Assembly (NCBI RefSeq): GCF_963921235.1
Contig: NC_086107.1
Location: forward strand, 95,544,001 to 95,608,000
Reading direction: 5' to 3'
Length of the DNA stretch: 64,000 bases
Origin: Mobula hypostoma
Lineage: Eukaryota
Made by a program: the position numbers and the translations under genes. The notes beneath the pieces were generated by a model. That model searched no databases, was not told the DNA's origin, and saw only the letters and a list, made by a program, of their open reading frames with translations. Of the stretch, positions 14,931 to 27,482 are shown piece after piece. Position 1 is the first letter of the stretch. The number at the start of each line of letters is the position of its first letter.

Positions 14931-16385
14931 TAAATTTTCCCAAGATTTCTTCAAAGAACCAGTTATGTTCTCTGCATCTGGGTAAGCTGAGACTGGTATT
15001 TTATCATATGTTCACAAACTCCTATTCTTCAGCTTTAATACATTCGAGGTCAGTTAGAAAAACTCAAAGCATGCAAGGTTTGGTTAGTTGGTTTCAGTGA
15101 CATAGTAATCTAGGCTGGTGAGTTTCATGAAAAGATCATAAGACACAGGAGTAGAATTTGGCCATTCGGCCCATTGAGTGTACTCCCAATATTTGATCAT
15201 GGCTGATTTATTTTCCATCTCAACTCCATTCTCCAGCTTTCTCCCCATAACTTTTGACACCCTTACTAATTAAGTATCTATTAACCAACTGGGCCTTCAC
15301 AGCTGACTGGCGATGAATTCCACAGATTCACTATTGGCTGGCTAAAGAAATCCCTCCTATTCTCTGTTCTGAAGGGACACCCTCCTATTCTGAAGTTGTG
15401 CTCCCTAGTCCTAGACTGTCCCACTATTAGCAACATCCTTTACCCACCCACTGTATCTAGGCCTTTTAATATTTGCTAGATTTCAGTAAAAACCCTGATT
15501 CTTCTAAAGTCGGGCAAGTACAGGCTCAGTGCCATCAAATGCTCTTCTCACTTTCATTCTCATGTCAGTTCTTACAGATCTCCTTTGGATGCCAACATCC
15601 TTTTCTCATCTTTATTTTCAAGGAGTGATACCTCAAAAGGCAGCATCCATCATTAAGGCCTTCAAGTCAGGCTAACTGGCCTATAATTTCTCTCCTTGGT
15701 CTCCTTCCCTAAAGAGTAGAGGGACTTGTGCGATTTTCCAGTCCTCTGAAACCATTCCAGAATCTAGTGATTCTTGAAAAATCATTATTATTGCCTTCAT
15801 AATCTCTTCAGCTACCTCTATCAGAACCCTGGAGTGTGGTCAATTTGGTCCACTTATTCACCTTCAGACCTTTTATTTCCCAAGCACTTTCCTTTGTAAT
15901 AGTGACGATACTCACTTCTGTCCCTGACCCTCTTGATTTCTGGCTTACTGCTGGTATCTTCCACAGTGAAGACTGACACAGATACTTATTCAGTTCATCT
16001 GCCATGTCTTTGTCTACTATTACTATCTCTCCAGCATCATTTTCCAGTGGTCTAATGTCCACCCTTGCCTCTTATTTACTCTTTATATATCTAAAAGAGT
16101 TTTTGGTATCCTCTTTTGTATTATTAGCTAGCTTACCTTCAAAATTCATCTTTTCGCTCTTTATTGCTTTTTAGTTGCCTTCTGTTGTTACTTATAAGCT
16201 TCCCAATCCTGTGTCTTCCCACTAGTTTTTGTTATACTGTACGCCCTCTGTTTTGCTTTTATACTGCCTTTAACTTCACTTGTCAGCCATGATTGCCTCT
16301 TCCATTCAGATTGCTGCTTCTTTGGGGTTGTTGATCTCTATCTGCTTATTCCCAAAGAAAAGCGTCTGCATGAGTGTCAATTAGT

Positions 16386-18350
16386 TAATAATAATAATAA
16401 TAAGCACTTTATTGATCCGAAGTGGGAAATTATTTCGTTACAGCAGCAACATTTAAAAACACAATTAGTAATGCTCAGACTTAACTAATAATAAAGTACA
16501 GAATAATAATATACACAGTATCAATTTACCAATGTGTACTAATAATGTATGAAATAATATAACAGGGATGATTGTACCATGATGTGTGTTCTCCTGTTGC
16601 ACAGAGATGAACTGTTGTATATGCTTATTGCACTTAGTAGGAAAGATTTTTTGTAACGATCCTTGTGACAGCAGAGCTGAATGAGTCTGTTCAAAAGGGT
16701 GCTCCGCTGCTTATTCAGTAGCTCATGGAGAGGATATGCCCGATTGTCCTTAATGGATAACAGTTTGTTTAGTGACCTCCTCTCCGCCACTAACTCAAAA
16801 GAGTCCGGGTTGTAGCCAAGGATGGATCCAGCCTTTTCGATCAGTTTATTTAGTCTTTCTGCGTCACCAGAGCCAATGCTGCTCCCCCAACATAAAGTCG
16901 CAAAGAAGACTGCACTCGCTACAACAGACTGGTAAAAGATCTCCAACATCCTGCTGCACACATTGAAGGATCTCAGCTTCCTTAGAAAATAGAGTATGCT
17001 CATCTCCTTTTTGTAAGCATTGGTGTTGGTTTTCCGGTCAAGTCTGTTGTCAAGGTGAACACCTAAGTACTTGTACTCTTCCACCACCTTAACTTCTCCC
17101 AGAATGTATATGTGACTTGTCACGGTCCTCTTCCTCCTAAAATCAATCACCATCTCCCTGGTTCTCATCACATTCAGGAACAGGTGATTCCACCCACACC
17201 ACTCCACAAACTTGTCCACCAGTCCTCTGTACTCTGATTCCTGCCCATCTCTTATACACCCAACCACCGCAGAGCCATCAGAGAACTTTTGCAAGTGACA
17301 AGATTCAAATTTGTACTAAAAGTCTGAGGTGTACAGCGTGAACAGAAATGGAGACAGGACCCTTGTGGTACTCCAGTCCCACTTACCTCCATCTCAGACA
17401 ATTACCTAGCCGTACAAACTGGGGTCTATCTGTCAGGTAGCCAGTAATCCAGGGATAGTGGATTTGTCTATGCCCATCCTTTGCAGCTTCTCACTCAAAA
17501 GAAGTGGCTGGATTGTATTGAAGGCATTAGACAAATCAAAAAAATGTGATTCTCAAAATACCACCAGCATCCTCCAGATGGGAGTGAGCTCTCTGCAACA
17601 GGTAGATGATGGCATCATCCACTCCCACATGAGGTTGGTAAGCAAACTGTAGAGGTCCAATGAAGATCTCACCTGTGGTCCAAGGTAAGTCAAGACCAGC
17701 CTCTCTAGCACCTTCATCACCTGAGATGCGAAGGCAATTGGTCTGTAGTCAGTAAGTTCAGATGGAGTCGCCTTCTTGGGTACAGGAACCAAGCAGGAAG
17801 TCTTCCATAACACTGGTATCTTTTCCTGACTCAGACTTAGATTGAAAAGATGCTACAAAATGCCAGGCAGCTGGCTTGCACAGGCCTTCAGTACCCTGGG
17901 GCTCATACAGTCAGGTCCAGCAGCCTTGCTTTGATGTAGTCTCTATTAACCTGACCTGCAGTCACAGTCAGGTGGATAACTCCAAAGTTGGGGTTGGGGG
18001 GGGCGGTGTTTGAAACACAAGCACTCACCACGGGGGTGGGGGTGGAGGGAAGAAAGCTTTGGGGCAGGGAGGGTATGTGGTGTGGGAAAGTAGGAGAGGG
18101 ACAGCAGGAGGTACATACTGAAGCTGTTGAAAAACAAGTTAAATTCATTGGCCCTATCCAGGCAGCCCTCGATCTTCCTTTCCTTAACCTTGAAGCCAGT
18201 GATCTGCTTCATGCCTGACCACACGACCCTTATGCTATTCTGCTGGAGCTTGTAGTCCAGCTTCCTCTTGTAGGATTTTTTGCACTTCCTCAACTCTACC
18301 CTCATTTCACTCTGTACTCACCTCATTACTTGACTATCTCCAGACCTGAA
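16386..18350 (-). mobile_element. 5'-truncated Rex1/Babar LINE
   Basis: ORFs 16539..17294, 17553..17813 and 17946..18305 (WKTSCLVPVPKK..DYRPIA, QKFSD, YKYLGVHLD); AATAAA plus (TTA)n tail at about 16386-16412. Confidence 0.85.
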
Positions 18351-19376
18351 GCTTGATAAAAAATGAAATAGACTTTAAGAAGTGTGGGGGTGCTTCTGGT
18401 TGCCTCTTATCTCAGTGTGATAAGAGACTTTATAGCGTCTATGATGTTGTCTCCAGATCTCTGTGTACTAATTGTGTTAATATACTGGGCCAACAAATGG
18501 AACCAGATACAGCCAGTTAATGTAAACAATAAGGTAAACTGTGTTTGTCTATTCTGTATTTGAGGAACAATAACCTTCATGTTTAAAAACATGGGTATTT
18601 TTTCAGTACCAATTTTTATGAGGCACTACTGTTACTTTCACAGTATTCGTTCAGAGGTATGTATTGTTTGACCCACTGACAATGCACAAAGAGGTTGCCT
18701 GATCTTTGCTTGCTGCACTCTTAAAGTAGCTGGCTCTGTAACTTTATTAACTTAAAACAAACATGTATTTCAACTTAGATGAGCGTGGACAAAAATAACT
18801 CATAATGTAAAGAGCAAAAATGGAATATCTTTTGCTGATCATCAACTGCATCACAAAAAGCCTTTCCATTGTTGATACCACTATCTAGCTGGGAAGTTCA
18901 CCAACAAGTTGCACTTCTGACGGCCAGGATGGCCTTAATGATGTGAATCATTTGCCTACTTACCATCGTAGCATTCCCCATTCCATTTTCCAGCTTCGGT
19001 GTTGTATGACGCATTTACTAAAACTTGAGTGCTTTGAAATTCATGCAAACATAAATTTTGGTTACTTTTAAAAATCTTAATGAAGTTCATGTGTCATCAT
19101 TCAGAATGGCTAAGGCATTGTAGAATTGAGAAAACACTAGTTTTGAGCACAAGAGTTGAAGAGTCTCAAACTGAGACATTAACTATCCATTTCCCTTTAC
19201 AGATGCCACCTAGCCACTGAGTTCATCCAATATCTTGACTGTCACACAAAATTTTTAAGCTGCATTAATTTGATTGAAAATGAGTGTCAGCAAGTTCCCT
19301 TTAAAATAATGAACAAATTCATTAGTATTTGTATAGACCTCTTACTGCCTCCACAACCCACCAACTTTTATTAGTT

Positions 19377-19589
19377 CACAAACGAAAACATCTGCAGATG
19401 CTGGAAAGCCAAGCAACACACACAAAATGCTGGAGGAGCTTAGCACTCCAGGCAACATCTATTGAAAAATGTACAGTTGACGTTTTGGGCCAAAACCCTG
19501 CCAAAGGATATCAGCCCGAAAGGACGATTACTTTTTCCATAGATGCTGCCTGGCCTGCTGAGTTCCTCCAGCATTTTGAGTGTGTTGCT
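19377..19589. mobile_element. Penelope-derived fold-back mini-element
   Basis: Inverted Penelope terminus followed by a sense copy; TSD caacttttatta (19362-19373, 19590-19601). Confidence 0.8.
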
Positions 19590-19838
19590 CAACTTTTATT
19601 ATTTATTATTTTAGAGCTAGCTTATTTCATGCCAAGAACAATCAGTGGGCACAGAGTATGTTCATCCACATCATTGAACGTGGCACATAATGATGATGAT
19701 TATTGTGTTGGTCTTTAATGTTGCTTGCTTATTTGATGATTTTTATTCTTTTCTTTATCTCATTCAGGTTTAATGAGTGGCTTATTTTTGTCTTATAGTC
19801 TGTGGTGGTTTGCTGATTTGCTTCTCCTTTACTTTTAG

Positions 19839-19999
19839 CTTATGCGGCAAGATATCGAAGAGGAAACTAAAGAACTTCTTCAGAAAATAAGTTGCCTGTT
19901 TTATAGTAAAATAATCTGGGACATGTACAAAGGGAATCTAGCTCCACAATTGACAGCTGTCATGCAGCAACACCAAACAGAGATGGATTCATACACCAG
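19839..19999 (+). CDS. Host gene coding exon C (LMRQDIEEETKELLQKISCLFYSKIIWDMYKGNLAPQLTAVMQQHQTEMDSYT)
   Basis: cttctcctttacttttAG acceptor, CAG|GTATTT donor; 161 nt, phase 0 to 2; overlaps ORF 19842..20060. Confidence 0.8.
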
Positions 20000-20154
20000 G
20001 TATTTTCGTGCGGCACAAATAAGAGTCATAACCAACTGGATATTATTCTCAATTTGCTAATCAGATCCCTACTTTATTTTGAAAATGTTTAATTTTTTAA
20101 AGTATTATCAGAGTCTCAGATTGTGGGAGTGCAGTTTGGAACTTTTATTCTGTT

Positions 20155-20402
20155 TTTATATAGAGATGCAACACAGTAACATCCCTTTCTGCCCAAACAA
20201 GCCTGCACAGTTCGTTTACACCCATGAGACCAATTAGCCTTCTAACCCCTATGTCTTTGAAATTTGGGATGAAACCAGAGCACTTAGAGGAAACCCACAC
20301 GGTTAGAGGGAGAATTTATGCACTCCTTACAGGTGCGGCACAATTGAACCCAGGCTGGCACTGTAATAGTGTTTCACTAACTGCTACGCTACTGCGTTGC
20401 CC
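20155..20402 (-). mobile_element. V-SINE (HE1-like), degenerate
   Basis: tRNA-like head and V-domain-like core (gtgggtttcctc..gtgctctggtttc) on the minus strand. Confidence 0.6.
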
Positions 20403-20607
20403 AGTTTCAACTGAATTGAAATCCCAAGTATTACCTTTGTGTTTTTTTGAACTGACTGACATGAGTGCATGATTAAGATAGTTGCATATTCACAATGGGC
20501 CATAATTCACAGAGTATGGCCAAAACGTGAATGCAGAGTGAACTAAAGAAGTGTTGGACTTAATAAAAAATGCTGAATAGGTTGTAACAGTGATGGTTGC
20601 TCTAATT

Positions 20608-20862
20608 TAATTTTATTTATTTAGAGATACAGTGTGGCGCACCACCCAGCAACCCTGATTTAACTCTCAACCTAATCACGGGACAATTACACTGACTAGT
20701 TAACCTGCCTGGTATGTCTTTGGACTGTGGGAGGAAACCAGAGGACCTGGGGGAAATCTATGCATTCTACGGGAAGGACATACAGACTCCTTACAGAGGA
20801 CGCCAGGATTGAACTCCAAGCTCTGATACCCTGAGATGTAATAGTATCACATCGTGGCACCC
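20608..20862 (-). mobile_element. V-SINE (HE1-like)
   Basis: Minus strand head gggtgccacg, core ggtttcctcccacagtccaaagac, tail ctgtatctctaaataaa. Confidence 0.7.
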
Positions 20863-20997
20863 ACAAGTCTATGTCTTATGATTAAGTGCTTCCTGGATTG
20901 CAACAATATTTGGAAAAATTCTAGGAGGAAGCTCGAAGGTCCCTATAATGTCCTGCCCACACTTTCAGCTTCACATACTGTATATAAGTCTCTACAT

Positions 20998-21740
20998 CAT
21001 GCCTTTCTCAAACTTTTTGCCCTGGAGGAACCCTTGAAATAATTTTCACGTCTCAGGGAACCCCGTGTAGAAAGTTTTGTATCTATAGCTCGTGGTACAT
21101 GAGCATGATCAGTAAGTTGTAGATACAATAATCAAAAAATAATTGTCAATGCTCTTTTGAGTAGAGAATGAATTTTACCCAATCTTTCTTGGGGGAAAAA
21201 AAAAGGTAGTTAAACTTTGCTTACCTTTCTTGAAATTAATCTCTTTCCCTTTCATAAATTTTAAAAACATAAGGAAAGCATAATAAATGTTTTCAATAAG
21301 ACTCAAGAATTTCTGATAACCTTCCTTACTCTCAAGCCCAAGCAGCAATGAAAACATTTCACGATTCCCTTTTGCAACGTTATTTTTGCAAAGATTCAGT
21401 TTCCTTTAAAATCCAAGAATCTTGTCACTTGAAGTCAGAACATTTTCTCCAGGTCCAGGTTTTCACACAGTCTTTTAAACATTCTCGTGTGAACTGGTCT
21501 TTGTTTTATAAAGTTAACGATTTTTGTTGCATCTTTTTTCATTTCATCTCCAAGAGTTTTTGACAGCAGCACCTCTCTGTTAAGAAAGCAGTGTGTTGTG
21601 ACAGCATCAGGATTTTCTTTGAAATGGAACCTCTCATGGAGCCAACCATTGATGGGGCACCATCAATACAGATGCCAACATAGTTCTTCCAGACAGACCT
21701 TTTGCTTCCAGATATGAAAACAAAACATTAAATTTATCTA
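20998..21740 (-). mobile_element. hAT-Charlie/Buster transposase remnant
   Basis: Terminus-like catgcctttctcaaacttttt; minus-strand peptides VGICIDGAPSMVGS and KDATKIVNFIKQRPVHTRMFKRLCENLD, typical of Charlie/ZBED8-type transposases; frameshifted and deleted. Confidence 0.75.
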
Positions 21741-21743
21741 CCC

Positions 21744-22020
21744 AAACACGAGAAAATTTGCAAATGCTGGAAATTCAAGCAACACACACAAAATGCTGGT
21801 GGAATGCAGCAGGCCAGGCAGCATCTATAGGAAGAAGTACAGTTGAAGTTTTGGGTCGATACCTTTCGTCAGGACGAATGGAAAAAAAGAGATAGTAAGA
21901 GATTTGAAAGTGGGAGGGGGAGACCTGAAATGAAAGGAGAAGACAGAAGAGGGAGAGATGAAGCCAAGAGCTGGGAAGTTGATTGGCAAAAGGGATACAA
22001 GGCTGGAGAAGGGGGAGTTT
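21744..22020 (-). mobile_element. Penelope 3' UTR fragment with decayed hammerhead
   Basis: Homologous to 27483-27740; minus strand gtcCTGACGAaagg..aaacttc. Confidence 0.75.
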
Positions 22021-22354
22021 ACATCAAGGCACAGATGTCCTTCATACTTTGAAAGGATGAAAATAAATTTTCTTCGGGCAGGTATCAGTGAAATAGAGGG
22101 GAGGGTGAAAGATTTTGTGGTTAAAGCCATGTCAAGTGCGGGAAGATGTATTTATTGAAATCGGGCTAGCTTCACAAACATAAGAAAATCTATATTCTAT
22201 TTAATATTCTATTTAACAGTGTAAAGAGAAATTACAGAATCATTTCAAGCTAGTGCATTGGAAAAAGTGGAAAATTTAATTTTAGAATAGTATAAGTGGA
22301 AGTGATCTCTGAAAATATGGAATAAACTAGGTTGGTACCAGGCATTCATGTTTT

Positions 22355-22565
22355 ATATATGTGTGTGTGTGTGTATATATATGTATGTGTATGTATGTAT
22401 GTATATGTATGTGTATGTATGTATATGTATGTATGTGTATGTATATATATATGTATGTATGTGTATGTATATATATGTATGTGTGTATGTGTATGTATAT
22501 ATATGTATGTGTGTATATGTATGTATATATATATGTATATGTATGTATGTATATATGTATATATA

Positions 22566-22603
<38 letters not shown>
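22355..22603. repeat. Complex (TA)/(TG)/(TATG) microsatellite
   Basis: Directly visible alternating purine-pyrimidine tract of about 250 bp. Confidence 0.95.
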
Positions 22604-23477
22604 GCGATTGCAGATGCTAAATCTGCAAAAAAAAATCAGTACTTCAAGAAGTATTCAGGCAAAAGGTGCAAGTTGAGAGTTTGGTTTGAGACCTTCCACT
22701 GAGATCTGACGCAGAGACCCAATTCCTGATCTGCTTAGTATTTCCGGTACGCTGTGTGTTTTTTTTCCCTTCAGACCAATGTCAGAAGCTGTAACAGTCT
22801 GTTGCACTTGAGAGTTGTGAGAACCAGCTCTGATGCAATTGGAATTAAACCAGAAAAGTATTACAGTTTAGAAGAGTAAAATATTTTAGATGTAGAAGGC
22901 AAGAGCAAGTATCCATTGTAGGTGGAGCAAGGCAGAATACTGCAAATCTAACCCATTCATCTTTAAAAAATCAAGTCCATACCTCTCTGAAAGTAACAAG
23001 TAGATAGAATGGTAAGGAAGGCATATGGTATGCTTGCTGTCATCACAAGATGTATAGAATATAAGAGTCAGAAAGTCATGTCAGAGTTCTAAAAGAACTG
23101 TGGTTAAGCCACACTTAGTCACCCAGAGTAGCATTCAATACAAGAAAGATACAGAAGCTTCAGAGAGAGTGCAGAAGAGGTTTACCAGGTTTCTGCCTGG
23201 ATTAGAGGGCATGAACTATAAGGAGAGTTTGAACAAACTTGGATTGTTTCCTCTGTAGCAGCAGAGGCTGAGAAGTTCATGAAATTATGAGGGGCATAGG
23301 TACAGTAGACAGCCAGAATCTTTTTCCTCAAGAAATGATGAATACCAAAGGGCCTACATTTAAAGAGAGAGAAGGGAAGGGGATGTGCAAGACAAAAGTG
23401 GTGGATGCCTGAAACACACTGCTAAAGTTGGTAGTAGAAGCAGGTATGTATCAGAATCAGGTTTATTATAACTGGCA

Positions 23478-26317
23478 AACAACAACTCCCCCCTCCCCCC
23501 TCTGATCCAAGCTGTCAAGATTCCAGCCTTGAACTCCAGGCTGGGTCTTTATGTGCTGCTATTGTGACTCCCGTCTCCCCTTCCCCCACCAATACTCTGC
23601 AATCCCATCTTCAGATCCCATCGTCAGCTCCTGGGTCCTCAGAGGCTTCATCTTCCTCTCACCCCAACCCTCCCCTCTCCATTGACACCCCCAGCCTCCC
23701 CCCTCCCCCCTCTGATCCCAGCTCTTATCCATGCCGGGTCTTTACCATCCCCTCTGACCTTCAACTGTTGGAGGCAGAGCGCTCTGTCCTCAGTAAGGGC
23801 CTCACCTTTGTCCCCCTTCGCCCACACCTCAGCGAGTTCCGTGTTCGCCATGATGCGGAACTTTTCTTCCGCCGTCTCCGAGCCTACTTCTTCGGCAAGG
23901 ACTCTTCCACCCCTACCGATGACCCCTTCTCCCGTCTTCAACCCTCCTCCACTTCATGGACACCCCACTCTGGTCTTCTGCCTGCTCTGGATCTCTTTAT
24001 CGCTAACTGCCGACGGGACATCAACCGTCTCGACTTCACCGCACCTTGTTCCCATTCCAACCTCACTCCTTCCGAACGCTCTGCTCTCCACTCCCTCTGC
24101 ACTAATCCTAACCTTATTATTAAACCGGCCGATAAGGGGGGTGCTGTTGTAGTCTGGCGTACGGACCTCTACCTTGCCGAGGCACAGCGACAACTCGTGG
24201 ATACCTCCTCTTATTTACCCCTCGATCGTGACCCCACTAAGGAGCACCAAGCCATTGTCTCCCACACCATCACCGACTTTATCCGCTCAGGGGATCTCCC
24301 ATCCACTGCTACCAACCTTATAGTTCCCACACCCCACACTTTCCGTTTCTACCTCCCACCCAAGATCCACAAACCTGCCTGTCCTGGCCGACCTATTGTC
24401 TCAGCTTGCTCCTGCCCCACCGAACTCGTTTCTGCATACCTCGACACGGTTTTATCCCCCCTTGTTCAATCCCTTCCTACCTATGTTCGTGACACTTCTC
24501 ACGCTCTTAAACTTTTCGATGATTTTAAGTTCCCTGGCCCCCACCGCTTTATTTTCACCATGGGTGTCCAGTCCCTATATACTTCCATCCCCCATCAGGA
24601 AGGTCTCAAAGCTCTACGCTTCTTTTTGGATTCCAGACCTAATCAGTTCCCCTCTACCACCACTCTGCTCCGTCTAGCGGAATTAGTCCTTACTCTTAAT
24701 AATTTCTCCTTTGGCTCCTCCCACTTCCTCCAAACTAAAGGTGTAGCTATGGGCACCCGTATGGGTCCTAGCTATGCCTGCTTTTTTGTTGGCTTTGTGG
24801 AACAATCTATGTTCCGTGCCTATTCTGGTATCTGTCTGCCACTTTTCCTTCGCTACATCAACGACTGCATTGGCGCTGCTTCCTGCACGTATGCAGAGCT
24901 CGTTGACTTTATTAACTTTGTCTCCAACTTTCACCCTGCCCTCAAGTTTACCTGGTCCATTTCCGACACCTCCCTCCCCTTTCTAGATCTTTCTGTCTCT
25001 GTCTCTGGAGACAGCTTATCCACTGATGTCTACTATAAGCCTACTGACTCTCACAGCTGTCTGGACTATTCCTCTTCTCACCCTGTCTCTTGCAAAAACG
25101 CCATCCCCTTCTCGCAATTCCTCCGTCTCTGCCGCATCTGCTCTCAGGATGAGGCTTTTCATTCTAGGACGAGGGAGATGTCTTCCTTTTTTAAAGAAAG
25201 GGGCTTCCCTTCCTCCACTATCAACTCTGCTCTTAAACACATCTCCCCTATTTCACGTACATCTGCTCTCACTCCATTCTCCCGCCACCCCACTAGGAAT
25301 AGGGTTCCCCTGGTCCTCACCTACCACCCCACCAGCCTCCGGGTCCAACATATTATTCTCCGTAACTTCCGCCACCTCCAATGGGATCCCACCACTAAGA
25401 ACATCTTTCCCTCCCCCCCTCTCTCTGCATTCCGCAGGGATCGCTCCCTACGCGACTCCCTTGTCCATTCGTCCCCCCATCCCTCCCCACTGATCTCCCT
25501 CCTGGCACTTATCTGTGTAAGCGGAACAAGTGCTACACATGCCCTTACACTTCCTCCCTTACCACCATTCAGGGCCCCAAACAGTCCTTCCAGGTGAGGC
25601 AACACTTCACCTGTGAGTCGGCTGGGGTGATATACTGCGTCCGGTGCTCCCGATGTGGCCTTTTATATATTGGCGAGACCCGATGCAGACTGGGAGACCG
25701 CTTTGCTGAACACCTACGCTCTGTCCGCCAGAGAAAGCAGGATCTCCCAGTGGCCACACATTTTAATTCCACATCCCATTCCCATTCTGACATGTCTATC
25801 CACGGCCTCCTCTACTGTAAAGATGAAGCCACTCTCAGGTTGGAGGAACAACACCTTATATTCCGTCTGGGTAGCCTCCAACCTGATGGCATGAATATCG
25901 ACTTCTCTAACTTCCGCTAATGCCCCATCTCCCCCTCGTACCCCATCTGTTACTTATTTTTATACACACATTCTCTCTCTCACTCTCCTTTTTCTCCCTC
26001 TGTCCCTCTGAATATACCCTTGCCCATCCTCTGGGTACCCCCCCCCAACTTGTCTTTCTTCCCGGACCTCCTGTCCCATGATCCTCTCGTATCCCTTTTG
26101 CCTATCACCTGTCCAGCTCTTGGCTCCATCCCTCCCCCTCCTGTCTTCTCCTATCATTTTGGATCTCCCCCTCCCCCTCCAACTTTCAAATCCCTTACTC
26201 ACTGTTCCGTCAGTTAGTCCTGACGAAGGGTCTCGGCCTGAAACGTCGACTGCACCTCTTCCCAGAGATGCTGCCTGGCCTGCTGCGTTCACCAGCAACT
26301 TTGATGTGTGTTGCTTG
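23478..26317 (+). mobile_element. Penelope-like element (Neptune-type), near-complete RT plus GIY-YIG endonuclease, inactivated
   Basis: ORF 23564..25597 (KPADKGG, KIHK..PGRPIVS, GVAMGT, LRYIND where YIDD is expected); frameshift in the Cys-containing linker (CKRNKCYTC); GIY-YIG GVIYCVRC..LYIGET at 25594..25920; 15-bp TSD ttattataac(t/a)ggca (23463-23477, 26318-26332). Confidence 0.92.
26216..26251 (+). ncRNA. Minimal type I hammerhead ribozyme motif in the Penelope terminal repeat
   Basis: AGTC-CTGACGA-AGG(GTCTCGG)CCT-GAAAC-GTC-GACT: helix I AGTC/GACT, intact core, helix II, palindromic ACGT in place of helix III; predicted cleavage after GUC (26247). Confidence 0.85.
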
Positions 26318-26332
26318 TTATTATAACAGGCA

Positions 26333-27360
26333 TGTGTTGTGAAATTTGTTATATTAGCAGCAGCAGTTCAATGCAGTACATAAAATAGAAGATAAGTAAG
26401 TCAATTACAGTATATGTATATTGGAGATTAAAAATCATGCAATGACAAATAATATATTGAAAAAGTGAGGTAGTGTTCACGGATTCAATGTCCATTTAGG
26501 AATCGAATGGCAGAGGAGAAGAAGCTGTTCCTGAATCACTGAGTGTGTGCTTTCAGGCCTCTATACCTCCTACCTGATGGTAACAATGAGAAAAGGGCGT
26601 GTCCTGGTTGCTGGGGGTCCTTAATAATGGACGCTGCCTTTCTGACGCACTGCTCCTTGAAGATGTCCTGGGTCAGTTGTAACCTTGTACGCAAGATAGG
26701 GCTGACTAAATTTACAATTCTCTGCAGCTTCTTTCAGTCCTGTGCAGTAGCATCCCCCACCCCCATACCAGACAGCGATGCAGCCTGTCAGAATGCTCTC
26801 CACGGTACATCTATAGAAGTTATTGAGTGTTTTTGTTGACATATCAAATCTCTTCAAACTCTTATTGAAATGCAGTTACTGTCTTGCCTTCTTTATAACA
26901 GCATGTTGGGACCAGGTTAGGTCCTCAGAGATCTTGACACCCAGGAACTTGAAACTGCTCACTCTCTCCACTTCTAAATCCCTTTATGAGGATTGGTATG
27001 TGTTCCTTTGTCTTGCCCTTCCTGAAATCCACGTTGAGTGCAAGGTTGTTGCTGCGACACCACTCCACTAGTTGGTATATCTTGCTCCTATATGCCCTCC
27101 CGTCTCCATCTGAGATTCTACCAACAATGGTTGTATCATCAGCAAATTTATAGATGGTATTTGAGCTATGCCTAGCCACACAGTCACGGGTATAGAGAAA
27201 GTAGAGTAGTGGGCTAAACACACACCCCTCAGCTGCACCAGTGTTGATTGTCAGTGAGGAGGAGATATTATCACCAATACGCACAAATAGTGGTCTTCCG
27301 GTTAGGAAGTCGAGAATCCAATTGCAGAGGGAGGTACAGAGATTCAGGTTCTGTAATTGT
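26333..27360 (-). mobile_element. Rex1/Babar-like LINE 3' part; its extreme tail (23450-23477) is displaced by the Penelope insertion
   Basis: [36 protein letters not shown]; tail aaacctgattctga on the minus strand. Confidence 0.8.
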
Positions 27361-27482
27361 TGTCGAAAGCTTTTGCATTGACACATGAATATATACAGAG
27401 AATGGATATGGATAATGTGCAGGTGGAAGGGATTTGTGTAATTTGGCATCATGTTCAAAACCGACATCATGGACTAAAGCGC

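Noticed and set aside
22332..22702. Cys/Tyr/Met/Val-rich ORFs in three frames
   Set aside because: Stop-free TA/TG microsatellite, not coding
22775..22880. Acceptor-like ttttttcccttcAG
   Set aside because: The phase required after exon C hits TGA after 11 codons, and the pyrimidine tract abuts an old Penelope-like remnant
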